A stretch of 63,963 nucleotides of DNA, counting the filler, from an uncultured Methanosarcinales archaeon (GTDB lineage Archaea > Nanobdellota > Nanobdellia > Woesearchaeales > CAYZNE01): assembly GCA_964405295.1 (NCBI GenBank). It is 10 parts of 10 records of this genome, joined end to end, with 100 filler letters (N's around TTAATTAATTAA, not from the genome) between each part and the next. Parts side by side here need not be neighbours in the genome. Positions count along the whole stretch, not along the records: positions 36,070 to 42,361 come from CAYONI010000027.1; positions 42,462 to 48,718 come from CAYONI010000028.1; positions 48,819 to 55,056 come from CAYONI010000029.1; 7 more parts are not named here. One strand, given 5' to 3'. The notes beneath the pieces were generated by a model that worked only from the letters and a program-made list of their open reading frames with translations, was not told the DNA's origin and made no database searches. Positions 38,019 through 49,864 of this stretch are shown in pieces (position 1 is the stretch's first letter; every line of letters begins with the position of its first letter). A program made the translations under genes and the position numbers.

Positions 38019-39268
38019 TGAGGTACGATAAATATAGAGATAGCGGAATTGAATGGATTGGTGAAATTCCTCAGCAGTGGGATTGTTATAAAATTAAATT
38101 TCTCTATAATTTTTCTATGGGAGCTACTATCTTAAAATCCGATCTGAAAAAAGATGGAAAAATACCTGTTTATAGTGCAACTGAAAGTGATACTATTTTT
38201 GGATATGTTAATGAAACAAATGTAATTCTTGCAGAGAATGATTTTGTTATACCAGCTCGTGGAAATTCAATAGGGCATATTTATCTTGTTAAACATAAAT
38301 CTACTTGTACACAAACTACGATTTATGCTAAAGATAAGAAATCAGATATTGGTGTACCTAAATTTGTTTTTTATTTTCAAAAAGGGTTAAGAAAACATCT
38401 ATTTCAATTTGATAGAACTGCAATTCCTCAAATTACGGTAGAACAAGTTAAAAATAATTTGTTAGTAATCCCACCCAAAACTGAACAAACCGCAATTGCA
38501 AGTTTCCTCGATCAGAAAACATCAGAAATTGATGATTTAATTTCCAACAAAAAAAAACTTCTCAAGCTCTATGAAGAAGAAAAAACTGCAATTATCAATC
38601 AAGCTGTAACAAAAGGGATAAACCCAAATGTAAATATGAAAGATAGTGGTGTGGAGTGGCTTGGTGAAATTCCTGAGCATTGGGAATTAAAAAAGTTAAA
38701 AAGATTTTCAGTAATCAAGCGTGGTGCTTCCCCAAGACCAATTGCTGATCCAAAATATTTTGATGAAAACGGTGAATGGTCTTGGGTTAGAATTGCAGAT
38801 GTGTCTGCTAGTGAAAGATATTTAAAAAGCACGACTCAAACATTATCGGATCTAGGAGCTTCTTTAAGTGTTAAAATGCTTCCCAATGATTTTTTTCTTT
38901 CAATAGCAGGTTCTGTTGGTAAACCAATAATAACTAAGATAAAATGTTGTATTCACGATGGTTTTGTTTATTTCCCAAATCTTAAATTAAATTCTGAATT
39001 TCTTTTTTATATTTTTTCAACAAGTCAACCTTATCAAGGCCTCGGAAAGTGGGGAACTCAGTTAAATCTAAATACAGATACAGTTGGAGGAATATCAATT
39101 CCCAAACCAGATAAAAAAGAAATAACTTCAATTGTAAATTTCCTCGACCAGAAAACAGCAGAAATCGACAAAAAAATATCAAAAACCAAGAAATTAATTG
39201 AATTATTGCAGGAATACAAAACAACCTTAATCAGCGAGGTTGTAACAGGAAAAATAAAGGTGATTTAA
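38018..39268 (+). CDS. hsdS: Type I R-M specificity subunit
   Basis: Duplicated DSG(I/V)EW(I/L)GEIP, two TRDs, EQTAIASFLD, LISEVVTGK; TAATG coupling. Confidence 0.96.
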   Translation: MRYDKYRDSGIEWIGEIPQQWDCYKIKFLYNFSMGATILKSDLKKDGKIPVYSATESDTIFGYVNETNVILAENDFVIPARGNSIGHIYLVKHKSTCTQTTIYAKDKKSDIGVPKFVFYFQKGLRKHLFQFDRTAIPQITVEQVKNNLLVIPPKTEQTAIASFLDQKTSEIDDLISNKKKLLKLYEEEKTAIINQAVTKGINPNVNMKDSGVEWLGEIPEHWELKKLKRFSVIKRGASPRPIADPKYFDENGEWSWVRIADVSASERYLKSTTQTLSDLGASLSVKMLPNDFFLSIAGSVGKPIITKIKCCIHDGFVYFPNLKLNSEFLFYIFSTSQPYQGLGKWGTQLNLNTDTVGGISIPKPDKKEITSIVNFLDQKTAEIDKKISKTKKLIELLQEYKTTLISEVVTGKIKVI

Positions 39269-42249
39269 TGAGTAAAGTAACAACAGAAAACACTTTTGAA
39301 ATGGCAATAGTAGATTCACTAATAAATAGTGGTGGATACACGCTGGGCAGTTCTCAGCAATACTTCCCCAAACTTGGTATGTTCAAATATGAGATCATCT
39401 CATTTTTAGAAGAGACTCAACCAAAAAGCTGGGAAAGATTGGAAGCAATTCACGGTTCGGATGAGATTGGTAATAAGATAATTCAACGAATCTACAAAGA
39501 GATGGATTTAAGAGGCAGCCTTGATGTTATTCGTAACGGTTTTACAGATTATGGGATCAGGTTCAATCTTGCTTTTTTCAAACCTGAAACTAGCTTAAAC
39601 AAAGAAACCGAGGATTTGTATAACAAAAACCAGTTAAAGGTCTATCGTCAGGTTTATTATAGTGATAAAAACAAAAATTCAGTTGATTTGGTTTTAGCTC
39701 TAAATGGGATTCCATTGGTAACAATTGAACTCAAAAATAGATTCACAGGGCAATCTACTTCCAATGCAAAGAAGCAATATAATAAAACCAGAGATTCCAA
39801 AGAACTTCTTTTTAAATTCAAGAAACGCTCTTTAGTACATTTTGCAGTAGATGATGAAGAAATTTATATGACCACCAAAATCTCTGGTAATAAAACTTTC
39901 TGGTTGCCCTTTAATAAAGGTAATAATCGTGGAAAGGGAAATCCTTTAAATCCAAATGGGTATAAAAGCGATTATCTCTGGAAAGAAATTCTAGCAAAAG
40001 ATAGTTTTCTGGAAATTATTAAAAAATTCATCCATTTGCAAATAGAAAATATTGAAATTGAGGGAAAAACATTTCATAAAGAAACTATGATTTTCCCTAG
40101 ATTTCATCAATTGGATGTAGTAAGAAAGATTACTGCCAATGTTAAACAAATTGGTGCTGGCAAAAATTATCTGGTTCAGCATTCTGCCGGTTCTGGTAAA
40201 AGTAATTCAATTGCTTGGTTGGCATATCGTCTTTCTAGTTTGCATAATAAAAATGATGAGAAGATTTTTAATAGCGTAATTGTAGTAACAGATCGTAGAG
40301 TTTTAGATCAGCAATTGCAGAACACAATTTATCAGTTTGAGCATAAAACTGGTATTGTGCAGAAAATTGATAAAAACAGTCAGCAACTTGCAGATGCAAT
40401 TTCGGTTGGTTCTCATATTATTATTACAACTCTTCAAAAGTTCCCATTTGTGCTTGATAAAGTAACCAAATTAACAGATAAAAAATATGCAGTAATAATT
40501 GATGAAGCTCATAGTTCTCAAGGCGGAGAAGCTCATAAAAAGATGAAAGAAGTTTTATCGAATGGTGATGTTGATGCAGAAGAAATTGATTCCGAAGATT
40601 TTATCACCCAAGAAGTGGAAAGATCTGCAAGAGCAAGAGGACAACAAAAAAACCTTTCTTTCTTTGCGTTTACTGCAACTCCCAAGTATAAAACTTTGGC
40701 AATATTTGGTGAAAAAATTGGTAACGAAAAACCGCAACCATTCCATTTATATTCGATGAGACAAGCAATCGAAGAAGGTTTTATTTTGGATGTTCTGGAA
40801 AACTATACAACTTATGAACTATTCTTAAAATTATCTAAAACAATTGAAGATGATCCAAAATTGAATAAAAAGAAAGTCGCACGAGCAATTAGTCATTACA
40901 TCAATTTTCATCCTCATAATTTATCTCAAAAAGCAGAAATTGTAATTGAGCATTTTAAGCAAGTTGTAGCCCACAAAATTGGCGGAAAAGCAAAAGCAAT
41001 GTTTATAACCTCATCACGCAAGCTTGCTAAAAGATATTATGAGGAATTTAATAAATATATCAAATCCAAAGGTTATGACAAAGATATCAAAATTTTAGTC
41101 GCTTTTTCAGGTAAAGTTTTTGATGATAATTATCCTGATGGAGTTAGTGAACCAGATTTAACAGGATTTAGTGAAAAAGAATTACCAAGTGCTTTTAATA
41201 AAGATGAATATAGAATTTTAATTGTTGCGGATAAATACCAAACTGGTTTTGATCAACCAATGCTTCATACAATGTATATTGATAAAAAACTTTCTGGTGT
41301 AAAAGCAGTTCAAACAATTTCACGTTTAAATAGAACCGCTCCAGGCAAAGAAGATACTTTTGTACTGGATTTTGTGAATGATCGTGAAACAATAATGGAA
41401 GCTTTTCAAGAGTATTACGAGCGAACTATCGTAAAAGAAGAACCTAATATTAATCATCTTTATGATTTGAAAGCAAAACTGGATGAAAAGCAAATTTATT
41501 GGGATTCAGAAATAAATGCTTTTGCAAATTATTATTTTAAACCTTCTTTTAATCGTTCTAATAAAGATCAGGCTTTTCTCTATTCATACATCGATCCAGC
41601 AGTTGATAGATTTAAAGCAATTGAGGAAGATGATGCAAAAGATGAATTTAAAAAGAGCTTAAGAACTTGGCTTAATCTATACTCATTTTTAGCTCAAGTG
41701 ATGCCATTTAAAGAAAGTGAATTTGAAAAGTTCTATGCTTATGGTAAACTTTTACAAACAAAATTACCTAAAAATGATATTTCTGAGCAACTTAAACTAA
41801 TTGATGAAATTGCTTTGGAATATTATCGCTTACAAAAAATAAAAGATGGTTCTATTGATTTAACAAAAGATCAAGATGGAGAACTAGACGGTATTTCTGA
41901 AGCTGGTATTAAGCGAGCAAAAGAAGAAAAAGCTCCACTCTCTGAAATCATTGATGTTTTAAATGAACGCTTTGGGACTGAGTTTGAAGAAGCCGATCGA
42001 TTATTTTTTGAGCAAATAGAATCTGAACTTATAAATGATGATAAATTACAAACTCAAGCTCGCGCTAATAAAATGGATACTTTCAAATATGCTTTTGATG
42101 ATATGTTCTTTAATAAACTAATTGAGCGAATGGAACAGAATCAGGATATTTTTGATAAAATTGTAGAGAATAAATCCTTTGGTGGTTTGGTTCGTGAACT
42201 AATGCTTAAAAGTGTATATCGCAAATTGAATACGGAAAGAGTTGAATAG
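39268..42249 (+). CDS. hsdR: Type I R-M restriction subunit
   Basis: D...NGIP...ELK nuclease, QHSAGSGKS, DEAH, FTATP, QTGFD, SRLNR. Confidence 0.96.
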   Translation: MSKVTTENTFEMAIVDSLINSGGYTLGSSQQYFPKLGMFKYEIISFLEETQPKSWERLEAIHGSDEIGNKIIQRIYKEMDLRGSLDVIRNGFTDYGIRFNLAFFKPETSLNKETEDLYNKNQLKVYRQVYYSDKNKNSVDLVLALNGIPLVTIELKNRFTGQSTSNAKKQYNKTRDSKELLFKFKKRSLVHFAVDDEEIYMTTKISGNKTFWLPFNKGNNRGKGNPLNPNGYKSDYLWKEILAKDSFLEIIKKFIHLQIENIEIEGKTFHKETMIFPRFHQLDVVRKITANVKQIGAGKNYLVQHSAGSGKSNSIAWLAYRLSSLHNKNDEKIFNSVIVVTDRRVLDQQLQNTIYQFEHKTGIVQKIDKNSQQLADAISVGSHIIITTLQKFPFVLDKVTKLTDKKYAVIIDEAHSSQGGEAHKKMKEVLSNGDVDAEEIDSEDFITQEVERSARARGQQKNLSFFAFTATPKYKTLAIFGEKIGNEKPQPFHLYSMRQAIEEGFILDVLENYTTYELFLKLSKTIEDDPKLNKKKVARAISHYINFHPHNLSQKAEIVIEHFKQVVAHKIGGKAKAMFITSSRKLAKRYYEEFNKYIKSKGYDKDIKILVAFSGKVFDDNYPDGVSEPDLTGFSEKELPSAFNKDEYRILIVADKYQTGFDQPMLHTMYIDKKLSGVKAVQTISRLNRTAPGKEDTFVLDFVNDRETIMEAFQEYYERTIVKEEPNINHLYDLKAKLDEKQIYWDSEINAFANYYFKPSFNRSNKDQAFLYSYIDPAVDRFKAIEEDDAKDEFKKSLRTWLNLYSFLAQVMPFKESEFEKFYAYGKLLQTKLPKNDISEQLKLIDEIALEYYRLQKIKDGSIDLTKDQDGELDGISEAGIKRAKEEKAPLSEIIDVLNERFGTEFEEADRLFFEQIESELINDDKLQTQARANKMDTFKYAFDDMFFNKLIERMEQNQDIFDKIVENKSFGGLVRELMLKSVYRKLNTERVE

Positions 42250-42257
42250 AAAAAAGT

Positions 42258-42314
42258 GCCTAACATACGTGCCCACCCTCGCAAGCTCGAAGTGGCGCAC
42301 GCCATCCATTATGC
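42258..42314 (+). mobile_element. attC-like integron recombination site (57 bp)
   Basis: GCCTAAC just after the hsdR stop, hairpin CGTGC-CCAC...GTGG-C-GCACG, then CCATCC-ATTATGC. AAAGTGCCTAA is the exact reverse complement of TTAGGCACTTT at 36122-36132. Confidence 0.7.
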
Positions 42315-42361
42315 CCATTTGCTGTTTTAGAGAATTGAAGTTGTTGACCAAAAAATTAAAA

Positions 42362-42461
42362 NNNNNNNNNNNNNNNNNNNNNNNNNNNNNNNNNNNNNNN
42401 NNNNNTTAATTAATTAANNNNNNNNNNNNNNNNNNNNNNNNNNNNNNNNNNNNNNNNNNNN
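42362..42461. other. Artificial contig spacer
   Basis: Same 100-bp linker. Confidence 0.99.
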
Positions 42462-45400
42462 GAACTGTCTTGTTCAGGAACACAATCTGTAGTACTAAAT
42501 GTATCTTCCCAAGTCATATAAATAGTTTGATACGATGTTGTGTGTTCAGGTGCATGAATATAAAAAGAAATACTTCCTGTTTCATTCTCATAATAAATAC
42601 TATTAACATCAATATCAGGATCATACTCCGGAGCACCAACAGCATAAGAATTATAAGAAGTAATAACATCTGAATAGCTTAACCTTTTACTCGTCCAACT
42701 TGTTCCATCGCCATTATTTAAATAAACATTCAAACTATAATCAGGATGATTTTCATAAGAAACAATATAATCTTGATCCCCATCATTATCAACATCATAA
42801 TTGGCACCACCACCATGATCGTAGGAATCAAATACTCGTCCTTGGCTTGTAAATGACCCATCACCATTATTTTTAAATAAATAATGATCTCCACTGCTTC
42901 CTGTTGATTTAATATAATCTGGTTTATTATCTCCTGTGAAATCTGCTGCAGCTAAACTATAACTATCCCAACCATTAGTATCAACAGATGCAGGCGCGTC
43001 GAAAGTTCCGTCACCATTACCATACCAAATATAAGTTGCAGTGCTTCCACCAACAATAAAATCCATATTTCCATCTGAATCAAAATCTGCAGAATCCATT
43101 TCTCTATTAGAACCAGAAGGTTTACTTGTAGGATTTGTCCCCATTATAAAACTACCTGCACCATTATTTTCAAAATATTTTTTAGTGGCAGTATTTCCTG
43201 AAATTACAAAATCATAATCAAAATCATTATCAAAATCAGCAACAGCAACCCCCATAACATAACTTCCATCACCTAAAACATCAACAGCAAGTTCAGTTTG
43301 TGAAAAAGAAAGAGGTCCTGTTTTATTATAATACCAAACATCATTATAACCACCCGTAACAAAATCAAAATCACCATCACCATCAAAATCAGCAACACCT
43401 ACACTTCTAGAATAATGTTCAGGAAAATTTCCAATATATGTAACATCACCAAAACTGCCATCCAAATGAATTTGAGAATAATAAGGCTGTACAGCATCAG
43501 AAAGCAATAAAATATATGGTTCTTGAGGTTCAAGATTTCCTGAAGAATCAGTTCCATTATATACTGACCAAGAATCAACATCAGAATAACTAATTTCTGC
43601 AGTATGTGACCAACCAGCACCTCTTGACTCACCACCCAGAGAATTATCTACCGTTGCAGTATTTTTGTAAGTAAGATTAAAAGAAATATGATCTACAGAA
43701 ACAGATCTCGCTTTAATAGCTGAACATGATTCTGCTGCAGTTTCTGAGCTTAAACCATCTTTTCCTGCTTCCCAAGAAACTGAATCAGAATCTTCTTTAA
43801 TAAATAACCAGCCCTGTACTGCATCATCCAATGGTGCAGTTCCCCAACCATTATAAAAATAATATCCACTACCAGTATCATGTGCCGGGGCTGTAGAACA
43901 ATAACTCGCACAATTACCATCACATCTCAGTCCAAGACCCATTACAGTATCAGAACTGTCCGATGCATCATTATCACCACTAAAACCAACCCTGACATCA
44001 GGACCCCAAGAGTTAAGATCATTAACATAACCAAAACGATGCCATGCACCAGCAGTTGTTCCAGAAGTTCCCTGCTCTATACCCTGTGGTTTTAAATTAA
44101 TAGGCTCCACACCGCAATTTGTCTGCGAACCACAATTCCCAGCCAAAGCCTGAGCCCCAGACATACGAACCTGATTAGCTAAATTCCTAGCCGTATTATT
44201 AATATGATTCCACGAATTCCAATAAGAAGTGCTGCCAAGAGCCAACATACTCTGATTTCCATTTAACGAATAAAACGCCTTTGAAACATAATCCTGATTA
44301 ATAGAAACATTACCAGCAGATGATAAACCACCTGAAGTATCTGTCCAAACACTATTATCATAAACATATGCCGAAGAATCTGAAGTTTGCATTACCATAG
44401 TCCAACCTCCCCCATTCGTATTCATGTCGCAATAAACTTCAAATGCACTATCGCCCCCTACACCATCAGGATCTATCCAATAAACGCCATCAAGTAAAAA
44501 AGAATTCCCTTCATCAAGAATAGGAGTCCCAACTTGAGAATTTGACCAAGAAACATCTGCTCTTACTGCATAATCATCTGGATCTTCTATTGATTCAACA
44601 TCTTGCTGATCTCTACAAACCAGTTCATAATGCCAATCACCTTGAGTGTTTACATCAGGACAACCAGCACTACCAACACCAGCAGAATTAATAGTACAAC
44701 TACAAGCACAACTTGTTCCAGTACATGAACCCCAATCTACAGCATCATAAATTACTCCTTCTTGTGTCCCCCTAAATTGACAATCTTTCATGTATTCTGA
44801 ACTAGCAGTATCAGCATCATAACAAGTTCCAGAAAGAGTTACTGTCTCAGCATCATTAAATAAATAAGGAGACATACTCATAGTTGCAGCATAAGGTTTT
44901 TGATTTGTTTGAGCTGAAAAGTTTAATAAAAATTCATCTGCAATATTTCCAACAGAATCTTTACATCTAATGTATCTATGATATTCATTTCCATCTTGAA
45001 TTCTTAAATTTTGATAATGTAAAGTAATATATTTAGTTGATAATGGCATCATATTTTCATAATTTTCACCAGTAACACTTGAATATCTACATAATGCAGG
45101 TTCGTCAGTTTCTACACTCCAAATAACTTGAAAAGTATTATCAAGATCTACAATAGGGTCACTGTATTCATAATTATTTGTTGCAGGTTCATTTAAAGAA
45201 ATAACTGGATCTTGACTATCAATTTCAAAATTATAATTTGCAATCATTGGTTGGTCATCTTGACTATTATTAAGAACAACTCCTGATGCATCACTTATAT
45301 AAGTATAAACTCTATATATACCATCTGAATTTGTACTTGTATCCCAACGTCCTGCTGTATTCCATAAACCATCTAATTTTATATAACTACCAACACCAAT

Positions 45401-48400
45401 ATTTTGTGAAGATTTATCAACAACAGTTGAAACATCATTCCAATTTCCAGAATTATTTTTCTGAACTTTAATAGTTACATAAGCATCAATTTCTCTTGTT
45501 CCAGAATTATCAACTCTTGATTGTGAAGGAGCATTCATAACTTCTCCTTTAATTATTTTTGGAGCACCAACACCATAAGCTTGAGGATCAGGCATACCAG
45601 AAATTAATAAACTATCACCATAATGATAACCATAATATGAATTACCCGTATAAGTTGCTTCTGGCTGAGCATTAGTGGGACCACTTGATGAATTAAAAAT
45701 TCTTAAATCGTCGATATGAGGGAAAATAACTTCTATTTCGCCATCATCATCAAAATCTCCAAATGCAGAAGTCCAAGAAGAAGAACCATAATCTGCACTT
45801 CTCCATTCAAGAGTATAAGAATTTGTCAAAGGTTCATATTGGTACACACTTGAATAGCCATACCAATTTCCAACCACAAGCTCATTAATACCATCTTGAT
45901 CCCAATCTGCAACAGAAGTTGTTCCAATATAAGGATGACCAACATCAGGAGTTTTAGTAACATCAAAATCTCCTGTTTGTTGATTGTATTCAATAACATT
46001 AATTTGTCCAACATTATCTCCTGTTACTATTTCAACAACACCATCATTATCAGGATCAGAAATACTCATTCCACCATAAGAATAATAATCAGTAGAATAA
46101 GCTTCATGTTCGTAAGTGTCCCCGTCATAAGTCCACATGTTTGAACTATATCCTGTCCATTTTTGAGTTGTAAATTCTGGACTACCATCATTATCAAGAT
46201 CACCAAAAATTCCCATCATTTGATTATCAACTTGTTGAGTTGCTCCTGCAGCATCAGTTACATCCAAATAAGATTCTAAAACATAAGAAGCCCCATTCCA
46301 ACCATAAACATAAGATTTATCCCCTCCATACCCAGGATTAAGAATTTCTATTGTTCCATCTAAATCAATATCTCCCACAGTTAATTGATAAGGATTTCCT
46401 GCCATATCTAATGCTCTTGTTGATCCACCAAATTTATTTTCATATTCACCAGAACTAGAATTATATTCTATAGACCAAACATAACCATTACTGTAATATG
46501 CCATTAAAAGATTAGGTATTCCATTATTATCAACATCAGCAATCGCAATCGCAGGATAAGTTCCCATATCCCAATTATTTCTGTAAACTTGCTCGTAATC
46601 AGTCCCATTCCACTTAATTATTTCAACACCATAATCATGATCAGTAACAACTATTTCCATTTTTCCGTCACCATCAAGATCTGTTTCAGGATAAAAGAAA
46701 ACTTGAGAATTATCAAAAGCGTCAGGTGCAGATTTTTCTCCATTTTCATATTTGTCAAAATAAACATAGAAATATCTTTCAGTTCCTATTGAAGTTGAAC
46801 CATTAAGAACAAAATCTACCCTACCATAAGCATTTGTTTGATTATCATAATTTTGTCCCATGTGAATAAATCTACTTGGTAATTCATATAATAATTCTCC
46901 TGACTCATAATCATATTCAACAATTCTGTAACAATTATCACACATAGTTCCAGAAGTATTCATAGCACTAAACAATTCAGTAAAATTCATATCATTTAAT
47001 TCTATTTTGTAATCATTGACATCATAATCAGTTATATTAACAACTACAGGGTATCTATAACTCCAATTTGATTCCCACCAAGGATCAAGTAAAGCATAAG
47101 AATCAACCTTATCAAGAGTTAAATCTTTTTTAGTTATTTCTTGTTCAATTTGTTGTATAGATAAATTTGAAGAAGTATTAGATTCATTAATTAATTCAGA
47201 TGATTGAGATTTTACAACAACATTCGTTAATAAATTTGATTTTTTATCCTTAATTTTAGGTTCAGTTGTCGTATTTAAATTATTAACTTTTATTATTTTA
47301 TCCTTAACTTTATTTTGAGAAACAGGTATTGCTTCAATCATAAATTCTCCTTTGGTTCCCTCAGGGAATTTTAAAGTAACTTCTAATTCAATAGTTTCAT
47401 AAGGATTAATTATTAAAGAAGGGACTTGCTCTCTTATTTTAAAATTACCAAGTAATTTTGATTTTAATTTTTCTTTTTTAGTTTCTAAATCAGAAATTTC
47501 TTTACTTATTTTATCATCTTGATTATTTTTATTTTTTAATTCATTTTTCTTAGTAACAACTTCTTTAGAAACAGAATCTGATCTTTCTGAGAAAATACCT
47601 TGCATGACGTCAGATTGTTTATTAATTTCTTTTTCAAAATTAAGCTCTGTTTTTTCTTCAACTAATTCGTCATAATTTTCGGTACCTATGAAAACATTTT
47701 GAACACAATTAATTATTGTTTCATCGTTTTCAGATATTGTTTCTGTAAAATCACAATAAGCTAATTCTTTATTATTTGAATAACAAATTAAAGAACTATC
47801 AGAACTTCCAACAGAACAAATATCACTATCATTGACCATACAAGGAACAGAACTATTTGTTTCTAAAATCTCCCAACCTTCTTCACAAATATTATCTTGC
47901 ATTTCATAAATTGGTTTTTCTTTAGTAATAATTTCATAATTTATTTTATTGATTTTTACAACATTACCTTTTTCTTGAAATAAGAATCTAAGATCAACTT
48001 CTTTTTCAAGATTATCAAAATTAGTAATATTAATTTTTGTTCTTGCATTCAATAAACCTGAATAAACTTTTTTATCAGAAGTAATACTCAATCCTTTAAT
48101 TTCAGGTTCGACAATTGCGAAGTCAGTTGTGATAACACCTGAATCCCCTTTTGCATCTGGAGGATCAGTTATCCAAAGAATTTCATTCTGAGCATAATAA
48201 TCTCTAACTGTTCCAATAGATAATTCTGCATTATATGCAGCATATTGACTAACATTCAAGTAACCATGTGAATAATCATAAACAGAAGTTTCTCCATCTG
48301 TCGTATTACACCAAATATAATAAGTTCCTGTAACCCATTCAGAAACATTACAATTTTGAGTTCCATCATTAGCAGTATTTTCAAAACAAGTATAATTAAC

Positions 48401-48718
48401 ATCTTGACCTGAAGAATCAGTATCAGCATAACAAGAAATCAACAAAACATCTTCATCAGGATCAGATGCAGTCCAATTAATATCATAATTTAAATCAACA
48501 ATATTATTTCCAGCAGGAGGAGCAGTAACCTCAATATTGGGTGTAGAATCTTCAATAGTTAGATCATTACTAACAACTACTGCCCCATCTTCATAACCAT
48601 CATTAGTCGTAACAGCAACAGTCCAAGTGTCTGCTTTAGATGTTTCATTTTGAACAATAGTTTCAACTTGATGACCTACAAGACCTTCATTATAATTTGA
48701 ATTAATTTGTTCAGGTGA
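42462..48718 (-). CDS. Giant extracellular protein (partial both ends): two FG-GAP/VCBS clusters, fibrinogen-C-like domain, Ig-like segments
   Basis: Frame spans the contig; D-x-D-x-D-G repeats; DGVYWIDPDG...VYCDM..GGGWT; WW..W.YR motif; many N-x-T/S sequons. Confidence 0.82.
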
Positions 48719-48818
48719 NNNNNNNNNNNNNNNNNNNNNNNNNNNNNNNNNNNNNNNNNNNNTTAATTAATTAANNNNNNNNNNNNNNNNNNNNNNNNNN
48801 NNNNNNNNNNNNNNNNNN
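48719..48818. other. Artificial contig spacer
   Basis: Same 100-bp linker. Confidence 0.99.
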
Positions 48819-49864
48819 TTTCCATCAAAGAATGTTACTGCATCATGTGGATGTACTCCTTCTATATTAAAGGCAATTATTCCTGTGTCTGCATTTTTAT
48901 TATATATAACAATATCTTCAATTTCTTGTAATTTTTCAATTGTATAATCTTTTAATTCTTTTTCATGTTTAGCGATGTTTTCTAATCCAACTTCTTTCAA
49001 ATAATCAATAGCTGCGCCAAGTCCTATTGCACCTGCAATAGGTGGAGTTCCAGTTTCAAATTTATAAGGAACTTCTTTCCAAGATGCATCGTACAAATTA
49101 ACATTGTCATTCATGTCTCCACCAAATTCAATTGGTGGCATTTTATCTAACAACTTTTTCTTTCCGTATAGAACGCCTATCCCAGTTGGACCAAGCATCT
49201 TATGTCCAGAAAAAGCTAAGAAATCACAATCAATATCTTTTACGTCAATCGCAATATGAGGTGCAGCTTGAGCTGCATCAACACTTACAAGTGCTCCTAC
49301 TTCGTGCGATAATCTAATAATTTCTTTTATTGGAGAGATATAACCCATTACATTTGAAATGTAATTCAAGGCTACTATCTTTGTATTTTTATTTAATACT
49401 TTTTTGAAGTTTTCTATCGTTATTCTTCCCTCAGCATCCAAAGGAACATAAATCAATTTAGCTTTTGTAATGCTACTAACATTTTGCCAAGGTAAAACTT
49501 GTGAATGATGTTCTAACTCACTTACGATTATTTCATCTTCACTGGTTAAGTTATTTAGTCCATAACTTGTAGCTACCAAATTCAAAGCACTACTTGCTCC
49601 TCTAGTAAAGATTATTTCAGAGAAATCAGCATTAATAAACTCACTAACTTTTCTTCTAGAACCTTCATAAAGTTCTGTGGCTACATAACTTAAATTGTAA
49701 ACACCACGATGAACATTAACACTATATTTTTCATAGTATTCATCTAGTTTCCTAATTACTTGAATCGGTTTTAAGCTTGATGCTGCTGTATCTAAATATA
49801 CAAGAGTTTCATCACTTAAAACTGGGAAATCTTTCTTTAAGATATATGGATCCATAATTTTCAC
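48819..49864 (-). CDS. sufS: Cysteine desulfurase (3'-partial)
   Basis: YLDTAAS, NVHRG, DAAQ, FSGHKM, FETGTP, HPHD. Confidence 0.95.

Noticed and set aside
29211..42361. Functional link between the Z module and the adjacent type I R-M system
   Set aside because: Different contigs with different composition; adjacency comes from length sorting.
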